A stretch of 64,000 bases of DNA from an uncultured Acidobacteriaceae bacterium (GTDB taxonomy: Bacteria > Acidobacteriota > Terriglobia > Terriglobales > Acidobacteriaceae): assembly GCA_963762465.1 (NCBI GenBank), contig CAVXKS010000011.1, positions 370,356-434,355 on the forward strand, given 5' to 3'. Below the pieces are notes generated by a model. It saw nothing but the letters and a program-made list of their open reading frames with translations. It made no database searches and was not told the DNA's origin. The position numbers and the translations under genes are program-made. Position 1 is the first letter of the stretch; each line of letters opens with the position of its first letter. Shown here piece by piece: positions 38,818-51,479 of this stretch.

Positions 38818-38848
38818 AGAGTATGCGGTGCACACGCATCCGCAGCAA
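38818..38848 (-). promoter_or_regulatory. candidate MerR-type promoter (19-bp spacer with dyad)
   Basis: TTGCTG-19nt-TACTCT, with imperfect palindrome TGCGGATGCGTGTGCACCGCA over the spacer. Confidence 0.4.
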
Positions 38849-39021
38849 GCGGAGAATGGCTAAGACGTATCTTTTCAGTGGATAACTGGAATCAAATCAG
38901 GTTCAGCGACGGCCGAAGCCCGAACCAGAGCTCACGCCGCGGCCGGTCTACCCGGCAGCAAAGTCATCGTCGCTCCGCTAGGCGGATGCGAAATCAGGAA
39001 TGTGAGGGGATAACAGAGAAA

Positions 39022-39097
39022 TGGAGCCGACGAACGGACTTGAACCGTTGACCTGCTGATTACGAATCAGCTGCTCTACCAACTGAGCTACGTCGGC
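39022..39097 (-). tRNA. tRNA-Thr(CGT)
   Basis: GCCGACGTAGCTCAGTTGGTAGAGCAGCTGATTCGTAATCAGCAGGTCAACGGTTCAAGTCCGTTCGTCGGCTCCA: 76-nt cloverleaf with encoded CCA. Upstream TTGGCG-17-TAGAAT. Confidence 0.97.
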
Positions 39098-39173
39098 CTG
39101 CTTTCCTCATTCTAGCGGCAAAGCGAGGAGACGCCAAACCCGCGCAGCTCTGTTGAATTTCGACACTCACGCG

Positions 39174-39272
39174 CTACTCCAGCTCGTCGCGCTCCATGCG
39201 ATCGCCCAGTGCGACAAGTGCGAGCACCGCGATCATCACCGCCGTCGTCAGCCAAACTGCGATCGTAGGCAT
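39174..39272 (-). CDS. small single-TM protein (32 aa), not in the ORF track
   Basis: MPTIAVWLTTAVMIAVLALVALGDRMERDELE*, with AAGGGA 7 nt upstream. Confidence 0.5.
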   Translation of the reverse strand: MPTIAVWLTTAVMIAVLALVALGDRMERDELE

Positions 39273-39476
39273 CGGCAATCCCTTCGGGCCAGTTTCCAGG
39301 CCAGCATTGCCTTCCCACTATCGCCTCTGTGCTACGGTGCAGAAATCCCCCGCCGCCAACTCAGCCGAATCTCCGCTGTTACGTCCTCTGCAACAAAAGG
39401 GCTACGACGTCGGGTCTCCGCCGCTCACACGATCCTCTTCGTCGCAAACCCCGCTCAGCGAAATACTCTTAACGGC

Positions 39477-39555
39477 AAAAGGGCCGCCCGGCAACAGGGC
39501 GACCCTTTCTCTATGGGAGGCAGCTCCAACGGAGGCAAAGCCATCGGAACGCTCT
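39477..39555 (-). ncRNA. candidate sRNA (about 80 nt) with two GCCUCC anti-SD motifs
   Basis: TTGACA-17-TACTCT promoter (39562-39590), no ORF, GC hairpin AAAGGGUCGCCC/GGGCGGCCCUUUU terminator. Confidence 0.6.
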
Positions 39556-39561
39556 GGTGCA

Positions 39562-39590
39562 AGAGTATGTTCGCCCCCGGGTGGTGTCAA
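39562..39590 (-). promoter_or_regulatory. near-consensus sigma70 promoter
   Basis: TTGACA at 39585-39590, 17-nt spacer, TACTCT at 39562-39567. Confidence 0.7.
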
Positions 39591-39710
39591 GACTCAATTC
39601 CCATAAATCGTAAGCTACTGCATGCAAAGGACTTACCGGAAATTATGTGACTTTTCGGTGTTTTCCCCTGTGATCCGTGCGGAAAGCCTTCTGGAATCCC
39701 GTTACTTCGG

Positions 39711-40850
39711 TCAGGAATGAGCATTAGGACCCGGTGCCTCCCAATTGGGCACCGGGTTTTGCGACGACAGGTGAAGACTGAGAAACTCTGGTTCACTCGC
39801 TGCCGGCTTGCCCTGCAACACCCGAATCAGTGCCCGCCCGCCACCGAGGAAGAGTCCCAGCAGCACAGCGGCCGTCATCAGCACGCCCGACAGGATCGCA
39901 ATGCTGGTCAGCAGGCTGAACGCCTTTTGGACCTCGGTATGGAAGACCGGCGGCATGTACTGATCCACGGCGACGATCTGCTTCATGTGCACGTTCTCGA
40001 GAATCGCGCTCGCCTGGTTGCCGGGCAGTGCACCCGAGGCCACCATCACCAGCTCCTGGTCACGCCGAACCCGGGCGTTGGCAAAGCTTGGCCCCAATCC
40101 CTTCACGCCGGTAGAAAACCTCTTCTCAAACGCCTGCGCGATCTGCGGAGTCGGATAGATCAGCATCGTGAGCGTCTCGCGTCCATGCTTCTCGTCGTAG
40201 TTCGCTGTCACAGCCTCGGCGCTCTTGTCCCATCCCAACGCGTTCGCCGGCAGCACGCCGCCCTCTGCCGCGTAGCTCTCCGGTCCCAGCGCGTAACGCA
40301 TGCCGGAAGGCACCAGGTGATCCGCCGGAACGAAACTCGGCAGCAACGGCGCCACACCGGCGCTACCCGTCGTCTTGGGCAGCACCTTCGCAAGCTGATT
40401 CAGAGCCGGCGCATCCGCCGCGCTCGCCGGCGACGCCAGCACCAGCGTGTCGCCATTTGTGAACAGCACCGCACCATCTCCCACCGCATCCGACGAGCCG
40501 ACATCCTTCCCGACGCGCATCTCCGGCCGGACCGCCAGCGTGAACGCGCTGTAAGCCCCCGTGCGGTCACCAAACTCAACCGCCTCCACCCGCATCGTCT
40601 TTCCGCCGCGCGTGTAGGTGTTCACCTCCGACCGCAGAGGTCCAGCCTCCTGCAGTGCAGCCTTGTTGACCGTCGTGAGCGATATCGTTCCCGGCTCCGA
40701 ACTCCCACCCTGCTGCCATCCGCCGAAGTTCTGCGGCAGCAGCTGAACCGGCGGCTCCGTCAGCGTTACACTCTGTGCCCCAGCCTGCGCTACGCCCAGC
40801 GCAAACGAGCACGCCACAAGACCAATTGCAGCTCTATTCCCCGCGCCCAT
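39711..40850 (-). CDS. conserved hypothetical secreted/membrane protein
   Basis: Signal peptide, C-terminal TM, normal codon usage, directly downstream of the amidase. Confidence 0.7.
   Translation of the reverse strand: MGAGNRAAIGLVACSFALGVAQAGAQSVTLTEPPVQLLPQNFGGWQQGGSSEPGTISLTTVNKAALQEAGPLRSEVNTYTRGGKTMRVEAVEFGDRTGAYSAFTLAVRPEMRVGKDVGSSDAVGDGAVLFTNGDTLVLASPASAADAPALNQLAKVLPKTTGSAGVAPLLPSFVPADHLVPSGMRYALGPESYAAEGGVLPANALGWDKSAEAVTANYDEKHGRETLTMLIYPTPQIAQAFEKRFSTGVKGLGPSFANARVRRDQELVMVASGALPGNQASAILENVHMKQIVAVDQYMPPVFHTEVQKAFSLLTSIAILSGVLMTAAVLLGLFLGGGRALIRVLQGKPAASEPEFLSLHLSSQNPVPNWEAPGPNAHS
39729..39760 (+). terminator. plus-strand intrinsic-terminator-like hairpin inside the 3' end of a minus-strand gene
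   Basis: ACCCGGTGCC/GGCACCGGGT perfect 10-bp stem followed by TTT. Confidence 0.45.
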
Positions 40851-40901
40851 AATGGTTCAGACTACACCCGCAGGCGAAGTGTTAGCGAACCCGCGCCACC
40901 C

Positions 40902-43190
40902 TCACCGCCCGATGGCAGCCCGCTCCGTCGCGACCGGCTTCTTCACCCCGTTGATCGTCTTCGCGTACCGCGCCACACCGGCGTACAGGCTCTCCGCCAC
41001 ACGCTCGCGATACTCCGGGCGCCGCAGCTCGTCCGCATCAGTCGGGTTCGTAACAAAGCTGATCTCCGCCAGGATCGACGGCATGTTCGCGCCAATCAGC
41101 ACCACAAACGGCGCCTTCTTCACCCCGCGGTTCTTCAGCCCGTCATTGACCTTCGCCAGCCCGCCATACAGCGATTGGTCCACATCCTCCGCCAGTTCGC
41201 GCGACTCATCGATCTTGTCCTTCAGCGCAATCTTCTTGACCAGGTCGCTTAACTCATGCACGCTCTGCGTCGACACCGCGTTCTCGCGGCTGGCCACCTG
41301 CATCGCCTCCGGATCGCTCGTGAAGTTCAGGTAGTAGACCTCGACACCCCGCGCGCTCTCATCCTGCGAGCTGTTCGCATGCACGCTGATGAACAAATCT
41401 GCCTGCGCCTTGTTCGCAATCGCCGTCCGCGTCTCCAGTGGAATAAACGTGTCGTCCGCACGCGTATAAACAATCTCCGCGCCTAACCGGTCGTGCAGCA
41501 GCTTGCCCAGCCGCAGCGCCACGTCCAGCACAACGTCCTTCTCCTCAATCCCCCCCGCGCCCAGCGTGCCCGAATCATGCCCGCCGTGCCCCGCATCGAT
41601 GACAATCCGGCCGATCTTCAAGCCCAGCGCCCGCATCAGCGTCGCCTCACCGTCCGTCGTCGGTGGAGGCGGCTCAGCTGGCTCGCCGGTTACATGGCTC
41701 TTGCTGCGCGACCCCCTCTTCGCACCCGTGCCCGCCGCGCGGTCGACAATCGGCTGCGACGTCGGCCTTCTCGTCGCCTCAATCTTTCCCGGCTGATCGC
41801 TCACCGCCGCAATCTCTACCCCGTCATCAGATGTCTTCGTCGTCACCGAGTTCGGCACCGGCTTCGAGGTCGTCGGCTTCGACGGAATGATCACCCGCGG
41901 CCGCGCCACCGCCTGCTTCGCCCCTCCACCCCCATCCCGCGACGCCAAGCCAAACACCGCGCTCCCATCCGTCACCGGCATCGGCGGCAGGCTCGACACC
42001 TCCGTCGCCCCTCCATGCGACTCACCTGCGTTGGTTGGTTGGTCCGCACCCGGTTCCGTTCCGCCGGCCTGCTGCTCTGCCGCCTGGCTCTTCGTCGTCG
42101 CCTGATCTCTGATCTCTGATCCCTGGTCTCTCTGCTTCCCATGGATATCAATAATCAGCCGGTAAGGATTTGGCAGTAGAAACGCCGAGTACTCCCCAAC
42201 CTGGTGCACATCCAGCACCACGCGCGTCACATCGCCCGAGAATTGCGCCGCCCGGATCCTTGTCAGAAATCCATCATCCGTCACCGCAAAGCTCTTGCCC
42301 ACCAACTGCTGCGCCAGCCGCGCATGGTGCAGGTCAAAGAAGATGCGATCCGGATTCTCGACCCGCGCGGCCTGATACTCCACCGCATCGCCAAGATCAA
42401 TCGCCACCCGCGTATAGCTGGGCGTTGACCAGTGCCGTATCCCCGTGACCGTCGCCATCTTGCGCGGCCGCTCATAATCCGCATCATGGGCCGCGCTCGA
42501 TGGATGCTCCGCATCCACCTCCGCCCCCGGCTCGGGCTTCGCCTCCCCATGTTCGACCGGCGCCTCATCCATCTTCGCCGCCGAAGCCTTCCGATAATGC
42601 TCGCCCTCGCCCCGCCCCGAAGCACCCGGCGTAACCGCCGCTTCCTCTGATCCCTGTTCCCTGATCCCTGATGCCTGCTTTGCCTCGCGCGCCTCTGGGC
42701 TCCGCGGATACTCCCCCTCCAGCAGTCCGCGAACCTTCTTCGCCTCTCCCGAATCATCCGCCGCATCCGGCCCCAGCAGCTCCAGCGCGTGCGCCAGCGC
42801 CCGCGGAGCGATCGATCCGCCTGGATACGCCTTCGCTAAAAACTCATACTGCCCTGCCGCATCTCGCAGTGCCTTGCGATCACTGAACTCGCGCCCTTCT
42901 TCCCCCAGCAGCTCCGCAACCTGCTCCACCGCGCGCGCCGCATGTGCATCGCCGGGATTGCCGTGGTAGATAGCGCGAAACTCATCCATCACATGCGCGT
43001 ACTCAATCTTTGTGTGCGTTCCCTGCGGCTTCGCCTCGAACACCTGCCGGGCCAGCACCGCAGCGTCCCACGCGCTCCCCTCGCTGCGTGCCGCAAACGC
43101 CACCTGCACACCCAGCAACACAAAGGCGCTCGCGGCTAAGCACCTCCAGCCACGGCCGCATCCTCTCCCGCTCTGCCGAGATACACGCAT
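40902..43190 (-). CDS. N-acetylmuramoyl-L-alanine amidase (Amidase_3) with AMIN and TPR-like domains
   Basis: IVIDAGHGGHDSG, IEEKDVVL, FISVHAN, PSILAEISF; AMIN region TRVAIDL..RIFFDL. Confidence 0.92.
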   Translation of the reverse strand: MRVSRQSGRGCGRGWRCLAASAFVLLGVQVAFAARSEGSAWDAAVLARQVFEAKPQGTHTKIEYAHVMDEFRAIYHGNPGDAHAARAVEQVAELLGEEGREFSDRKALRDAAGQYEFLAKAYPGGSIAPRALAHALELLGPDAADDSGEAKKVRGLLEGEYPRSPEAREAKQASGIREQGSEEAAVTPGASGRGEGEHYRKASAAKMDEAPVEHGEAKPEPGAEVDAEHPSSAAHDADYERPRKMATVTGIRHWSTPSYTRVAIDLGDAVEYQAARVENPDRIFFDLHHARLAQQLVGKSFAVTDDGFLTRIRAAQFSGDVTRVVLDVHQVGEYSAFLLPNPYRLIIDIHGKQRDQGSEIRDQATTKSQAAEQQAGGTEPGADQPTNAGESHGGATEVSSLPPMPVTDGSAVFGLASRDGGGGAKQAVARPRVIIPSKPTTSKPVPNSVTTKTSDDGVEIAAVSDQPGKIEATRRPTSQPIVDRAAGTGAKRGSRSKSHVTGEPAEPPPPTTDGEATLMRALGLKIGRIVIDAGHGGHDSGTLGAGGIEEKDVVLDVALRLGKLLHDRLGAEIVYTRADDTFIPLETRTAIANKAQADLFISVHANSSQDESARGVEVYYLNFTSDPEAMQVASRENAVSTQSVHELSDLVKKIALKDKIDESRELAEDVDQSLYGGLAKVNDGLKNRGVKKAPFVVLIGANMPSILAEISFVTNPTDADELRRPEYRERVAESLYAGVARYAKTINGVKKPVATERAAIGR
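42102..42129. repeat. in-frame heptamer repeats (CTGATCT/CTGATCC) inside the amidase CDS
   Basis: Encodes QRDQGSEIRDQ; a second run at 42647-42674 encodes ASGIREQGS. Confidence 0.75.
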
Positions 43191-43361
43191 AGCCCATCCT
43201 CAGTTTAGGTTCGCCGCGCCCACCTCACGCCGCGAATCAACCGCAGGTATTCGCCCATGTACCTGTTACTGATGTGCTGTTGAAAACGCGGCGCAGCCCC
43301 CTCACTCCGAGCACACGTCTCCGAACTCCCTAACTCATTGATTCCCTGACTTGCTGATCCG

Positions 43362-46179
<2,818 letters not shown>

Positions 46180-46205
46180 TCAGTTTACCAGCGCAGAACG
46201 TCGTC

Positions 46206-47125
46206 TCACGCGCTCACTCCCGGCCGCCACGTCAGCCCCTCGCGGCGCAGCTCCGGATCGCGCGTCGCCTTCAGCTTCGCGAAACTCATCCGCATACCGC
46301 GCCATCTCCATCACGCTCACCAGCGCATCGAACGCATCTTCGCTCGACCTCGCCTTCGTCATCACCGCCCGGCCGACCGGCTTGTACACAGCGATCCGTC
46401 TTGCACTTCGCCGCGAGATATCTGCTCCGCGCCTCCGCATTCGACTTCGCGACCGCTCCCGTCATCAGCCGCGTGTACATCTCCACCAGCAGCGGCTTCG
46501 GCCTCTTCGCATCAATCGCCGAGCCTTCGAGTGGCCACACGCGAAAGCCGACATCATGCAGTCGCTCGAGCATCTGCATCGCCCGCAGCGAGCCCGTACC
46601 CACGCTCCCCGACCCGCCAATCTGAAACGGCGACTTCGGCGTAATGCCGCGCATCTTCGCCGCGCGCTCCGCATCTCCACCCGGCAACGCCTGCGCAATC
46701 TTGTTGTCGTAGTCCGCAAACCGAAACATCCTGCGATATCCCGGACCGCAGAACTGCGCCGGCCGCTTATGCGGCTTGCCCCAGAAGCGTTCATCGCGCG
46801 CAATCTCATCGCACTCACGTGCAAGCCACTGCTCGGCAAGACCCGCGTTCGCCTTCCGCCAGAACGCGAACATATCCTCGCAGCCATGTTCCGCGAGAAA
46901 CCAGCCCGGAAAGCTGAAGCAGCAATCGATACTCACCACCAGCCGCGGCATCTCTCGCGCCAGCTCAATCAGCCACTCCGTAATCTCATCGCGCGTGCGC
47001 CCCGCCTCAAGCTGAACCTTGATCCCGCTCTCGCTCCGCGTCCACACCGCCGCCCAGATATGCCGCCGCTGCCCGGCCACATCAATCCGCCCCGACCAGT
47101 CGATCGCAATCAGCCGCAGCGGCAT
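46206..47125 (-). CDS. DUF429-like RNase H-fold putative nuclease (apparent indels near 46385 and 46280)
   Basis: LIAIDWSG, VVSIDCCFSFP, LLVEMYT, EDAFDALVS acidic motifs. The C-terminus rejoins as AKLKATRDPELRREGLTWRPGVSA*. Confidence 0.6.
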
Positions 47126-47132
47126 TGATCCG

Positions 47133-47178
47133 GCCTTTGCCCTATTCACTATTCACTACTCACTGTTCACTGGCTACT
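47133..47178. repeat. GCCTTTGCC plus CTATTCA-type heptamer run at the recX/DUF429 junction
   Basis: Similar composites at 13982-14022 and 59344-59376. Confidence 0.7.
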
Positions 47179-47728
47179 CTTCGACATCCACCTCTTCGAT
47201 GTCCGTACCACCCCAATCGCGCAACACCGCCCAGACCGCCCTGCGACGAAAATCCCGCTGCCACCAGCCGCCGCATGATCTTCGCCGTCTCCTTCTGCTT
47301 CTGCTCGCGATCTCCACTCGGCTGCTTCAGACGCTTGCGCTCTATATATTGCCGCGCCAGCGCCGACCTCATCCACATCCTCATACTGCTTCCCCACCGC
47401 CTCGTTCACCAGCGACGACGGAACGCCCTTCTGCATCAGTCCCTGCTGCACCCTGCGCTGCGCCAAGCTTCTCGTTCTCCTGCCGCAGCCGCGCAAAGTC
47501 CGCCGCAAACCTGGCGTCACTCAGGTAGCCCAAGCTCCTTCAGCTTCGCAATCACCTTGTCCACCTCCGCGCGTCCGCTCTCATCCGGATCACCGAAGCA
47601 CGCTCGTTCAGCCGCCGCCGCAGGTCGCGCTCGCTCTTCATCTTCGCGCCCAGCGACTTCACCGCGTAGTCCAGCAACTCCATATACTCCAGCGGCTTCC
47701 GCGGTTTCTTTGCCCGCCCGAATGCCAC
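47174..47728 (-). CDS. recX: regulatory protein RecX (several apparent indels)
   Basis: Pieces join as LLDYAVKSLGAKMKSERDLRRRL...VIAKLKELGYLSDARFA...KLGQRRVQQGLMQKGV...RRLVAAGFS. Confidence 0.8.
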
Positions 47729-47731
47729 GGA

Positions 47732-50056
47732 TTAATGCTCCTTCTTCGCGGCAGCGGGATTGCGCTCGGGCCCTGCGCTCGCATACTTGTTCATGCCGAG
47801 CCACTGGTCGCACCAGTCGTCCACCGTCTCATACCAGAGCTGCGAGTTCTGCGGCTTCAGCACCCAGTGCCCCTCGTCCGGAAAATACAGCATCTTGCTC
47901 GGCACGCCGAGCAGTTGCAGCGCCGTGAAAAGCTCGAGCCCCTGCGACACATCCAGCCGGTAGTCGCGCTGCGAGTGCACGATCAGCGTCGGCGTGTGCG
48001 CGTCCTTGATGTACCGCATCGGCGACCACTTGATGAATGGATTCTCCATATCCGGCTTGCCGTAGAAGTCCCACGGATGCGCCGGCTTCGTCTGCTCGAC
48101 CACAGCATCCGGCCCATTGCCCGCCAACGGCCGGAACTCCCACTCGTTGAACCACAGCTCCTCGGTATCGCCGAACGCCGCCGCCGCATCGCTCATGCCC
48201 GTCATGCGTCACGATGCACTTGAAGCGGTTGGTGTGCGTCAGCACCCAGTCGGCCATGTACCCGCCATAGCTCGCGCCCAGCGCGCACTCGCGGTTCTTA
48301 TCGATGAAGCTGTAATGCTGCTCCGCGTAATCGAGCCCCTTCATCAGGTCGACATAGGCCCGGCCACCCCAGTCGCCCGAAACCTCTTCAACAAACTTCT
48401 GCCCGTAGCCGGTTGAGCCGCGGCGGTTGATGCCGATGACCACATATCCGTTCGCGGCGAAGAGCTCCCAGTTCCAGCGGTAGGACCAGGCGTCTCCCCA
48501 TGCGGTCTGCGGGCCGCCGTGCATGAGGAATTTGACCGGATATTTTTTGGACGGGTCGAAGTTGGGTGGCTTGATGAGGAAGCCCTGCGACCTTGCGTGC
48601 CGTTCGCGCCGGGGAACCAGAAGGATTCGAGCGGACCGAAGAGTCACTTGAGAGAGCAGAGCATCATTGAGGTGCGTGAGTTGCGTGGCGACTTCAGGCT
48701 CGTTCGCGCAACTTGAAACCGCCGGACGGGTCGCTATTGTCTACCGTGTTTGGGCCTGATAGTTTTCGGTGAGCATCGAGGACGACAATATCGCTGGGAC
48801 GGTCTACACGCATTTCCGATGCAACCACCCGCGCTCCGTTGGGGCTTGGTGCGAGGCTTGAGAACTCGCCACAGGCGGCCACTCGCTGCTCGAAGAGTCG
48901 CTTGCCAGGTACGGAGATCTCTCTACCGGGGAGAGCGGTACGGTAGACAGGCTCTTCGCCATGAAAACGCACTCGCGAATAAACGGACGCCGAATCTGGA
49001 GCCCACGCGAATTCGTCGACCCAATTGTCGAAGTTGGTCGTCAGGTTTTCGAATCGGAGCGTGTACTGCGGTCCATCACCACCAAATCGAATTTGTCCGA
49101 CTCATAGCCATTGCGAGCCTGCGAGCGCCACGCGAGCATTTGCCGTCGGGCGCAGTATTGCGGGCCGTCGTCGCTGCCGGGCGAGGTGGAGACCTTCACG
49201 GCTTTCGCGCTGGGCTCGTCGAGCTTGAGGGTGAAGATGTCGTTGTTGGTGGACTCGCCGGGCTGCGGGAAGACGCCGGGTTTGGCGAAGCCGACCTCGA
49301 GGTTGGTTTCGTAGGCGATCTCGTGCGAGTCGGGAGCCCAGGCGTAACCGAGCGGGCCGCCGAGGGAGAAGGTTGGTGTCTCGGCATCACCTACCGCCGA
49401 GCGCGGGGTGAGGTCGCGGAGGTTGTGGCCGTCGGCGTCGACGACGGCGATGTGGCTGCGCCGCTCGCCGAGATAGCGGTCCCAATGGCGATAGAGGAGG
49501 TGCGTCCAGATCTGCGCTTTGACGGGCGAGGCGTCGGCGGCCTTCTGCTTGCGACGTCGCAGGCGTCCTCTTTGGCCCAGTCGCCGAGGTCGGAACATTC
49601 CGGATAGACGTCCACGACGAAGAGCAGCCGCTTGGAATCCGGCGACCAGATCGCGCCGTCGGCGCCGCCATTCACGTTCGTCACCTGGATGGGCTCGCCG
49701 ACCTTACCGCCGCATCGTCCCACGGCATCTCGTAGATCTGGTCCTTCATCGTCAGCGAGATGGTCTTGCCATCTGGAGCGAATCGGCCGTTCGATTCGCC
49801 ATCGCCGAAGGTGACCTGGTGCTCCTTCGCCGCTGCCGTCGAGCGGCACCACCCACAGATGATTCGTCTTCGTGTTCTTCTCGAGCGACACATCCGTCAC
49901 CGAAAACAGCACCCATTTTCCGTTCGGCGAGATCTGCGGGTCGGAGACGCGCTTCATCGCCATCAGGTCGGCGAAGGTCATCGGGCGCTTTTGCTGGGCG
50001 GCGGAGGTGAGCGGCCCAATGAGGGTTGCGGCAAGCAAACAGGTAAGGAGGCGCAT
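47732..50056 (-). CDS. S9-family (prolyl oligopeptidase/dipeptidyl peptidase) serine peptidase, heavily frameshifted in this sequence
   Basis: Signal peptide, KRVSDPQISPNG, MHGGPQTAW, GASYGGY, DYRLD, PDEGHWV spread over many frames. Confidence 0.85.
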
Positions 50057-50178
50057 CGGACGACAGTGTAGCGCGTTGATTTGCACGAATTCTCAGATCC
50101 GTGCCGACTGTGCGAGAATTCATCACGTCTCCCCGCAGGGCCCTGGAGACACGTCGCGGGGAGTCCGGAGAGACACCC

Positions 50179-50523
50179 ATGCCTGATGAAGACCACTCCT
50201 TAACCTTCGAGATTGAGAGCAACGGTGAGTCCGCCGTAGTGAGGTGCCATGGCCGTATGGTGGCGTGGGGCACTGATGATTTCCATCAAGCGGTCAAGTC
50301 GCTGCTGCCCGGAGCCAAGGTGATCGTCATCGACCTGGCGGATCTGAGATTTGTGGACAGCATGGGGCTGGGAACGCTCGTGCGGCTGTACGTTTCGGCG
50401 CGACAGGCAGGCAGCGGATTGGTTGTGGAGCATTTGGGCAAGCAGGTGCGCAACGTGCTGAGCCTGACGAATCTGCTCCCGGTGCTGGCCCAGGCTGAGG
50501 CGCGCAATAGTACGGCCGCCTGA
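50179..50523 (+). CDS. STAS-domain anti-sigma factor antagonist
   Basis: VIVIDLADLRFVDSMGLGTLV with the phospho-acceptor Ser. Confidence 0.88.
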   Translation: MPDEDHSLTFEIESNGESAVVRCHGRMVAWGTDDFHQAVKSLLPGAKVIVIDLADLRFVDSMGLGTLVRLYVSARQAGSGLVVEHLGKQVRNVLSLTNLLPVLAQAEARNSTAA

Positions 50524-50585
50524 AGGGCGCGCTTGCAGAACCTTTTCCGTCGGCCTACCGTCTACTTCAGTAGGGATTCAGGCCA

Positions 50586-51479
50586 ATGTTTCGGAAAATG
50601 CTCGCTCTCGCCCTTGCCGTCGGTGTCTCCACCATAGCTGCGCCCAGCTTCGCGCAGTCGAACCCCTCGCAAGGCTTCGGCCCCCTCGACCCCTCACAGC
50701 CGGCCGGCGTCACCATCGAACAGATCATCCAGAAGATGGGCGAGCGTGAGGCGCAGTTTGAGCAGGCGCGCAACCAGTACGAGTTTCGCCAGACCGTGAA
50801 GATCGACACCATCAATGACGACAACGGCCGCCCCGACGGGGAGTACCAGCAGGTCACCGACATCACCTTCGATCCCACCGGCAAGCGCATGGAGCACGTC
50901 GTCTTCGCTCCACAGAACACGATCGAGCGCGTGATCCTGACGGAGAACGACATGCGCGATATCGCCGAGCGCATCCCATTCATCCTGACGACCGCGCAGC
51001 TACCCGACTACAACCTGACCTACCTGGGCAAGCAGCATGTCGACGAGCTGAACACCTACGTCTTCGACTGCGCGCCGAAGGTCCTGGTGAAAGGACATCG
51101 CTATTTCCAGGGGAAGATCTGGGTGGACCAGCAGGACAACGAAATCGTTCTGGTCAATGGACTCAACGTGCCCCAGGACACCCGCAAGGGCCATGAAGAC
51201 CTGAGCCCGCCTTTCACGACCTACTACGAGCAGATCGATGGCGTGTACTGGTTCCCGGTCTACACGAAGGCCGAGGGCATCCTGCACTTTGCTGCGCAGA
51301 ACGGCGCGCTGAGCCAGGACGACCACATTCGCGCGATCGTCCGCTTTACAAACTACAAGAAATTCAACTTCCACTCCAACATCAAGATCACCTACGGCAA
51401 CGACACGATCGCGCCCGGCGCAAAGCAGCCCGCCGGCGATGGCTCTCCGCAGCAGCAGCCTGAATCGCAACCGAAGTAG
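50586..51479 (+). CDS. hypothetical secreted protein (LolA/MucB-like beta fold possible)
   Basis: Signal peptide; YFQGKIWVDQQD, YWFP motifs. Confidence 0.65.
   Translation: MFRKMLALALAVGVSTIAAPSFAQSNPSQGFGPLDPSQPAGVTIEQIIQKMGEREAQFEQARNQYEFRQTVKIDTINDDNGRPDGEYQQVTDITFDPTGKRMEHVVFAPQNTIERVILTENDMRDIAERIPFILTTAQLPDYNLTYLGKQHVDELNTYVFDCAPKVLVKGHRYFQGKIWVDQQDNEIVLVNGLNVPQDTRKGHEDLSPPFTTYYEQIDGVYWFPVYTKAEGILHFAAQNGALSQDDHIRAIVRFTNYKKFNFHSNIKITYGNDTIAPGAKQPAGDGSPQQQPESQPK

Noticed and set aside
38877-38885. DnaA-box-like TTATCCACT
   Set aside because: A single 8/9 match, with no cluster or AT-rich unwinding region.
39153-39650. ORF-track proteins of 165 and 136 aa across the sRNA region
   Set aside because: No recognisable domain, atypical composition, and they run across a promoter and terminator on the other strand.
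37864-39780. Integrated element at tRNA-Thr
   Set aside because: No integrase, and I saw no duplicate of the tRNA 3' end elsewhere in the window. Flanking genes look native.
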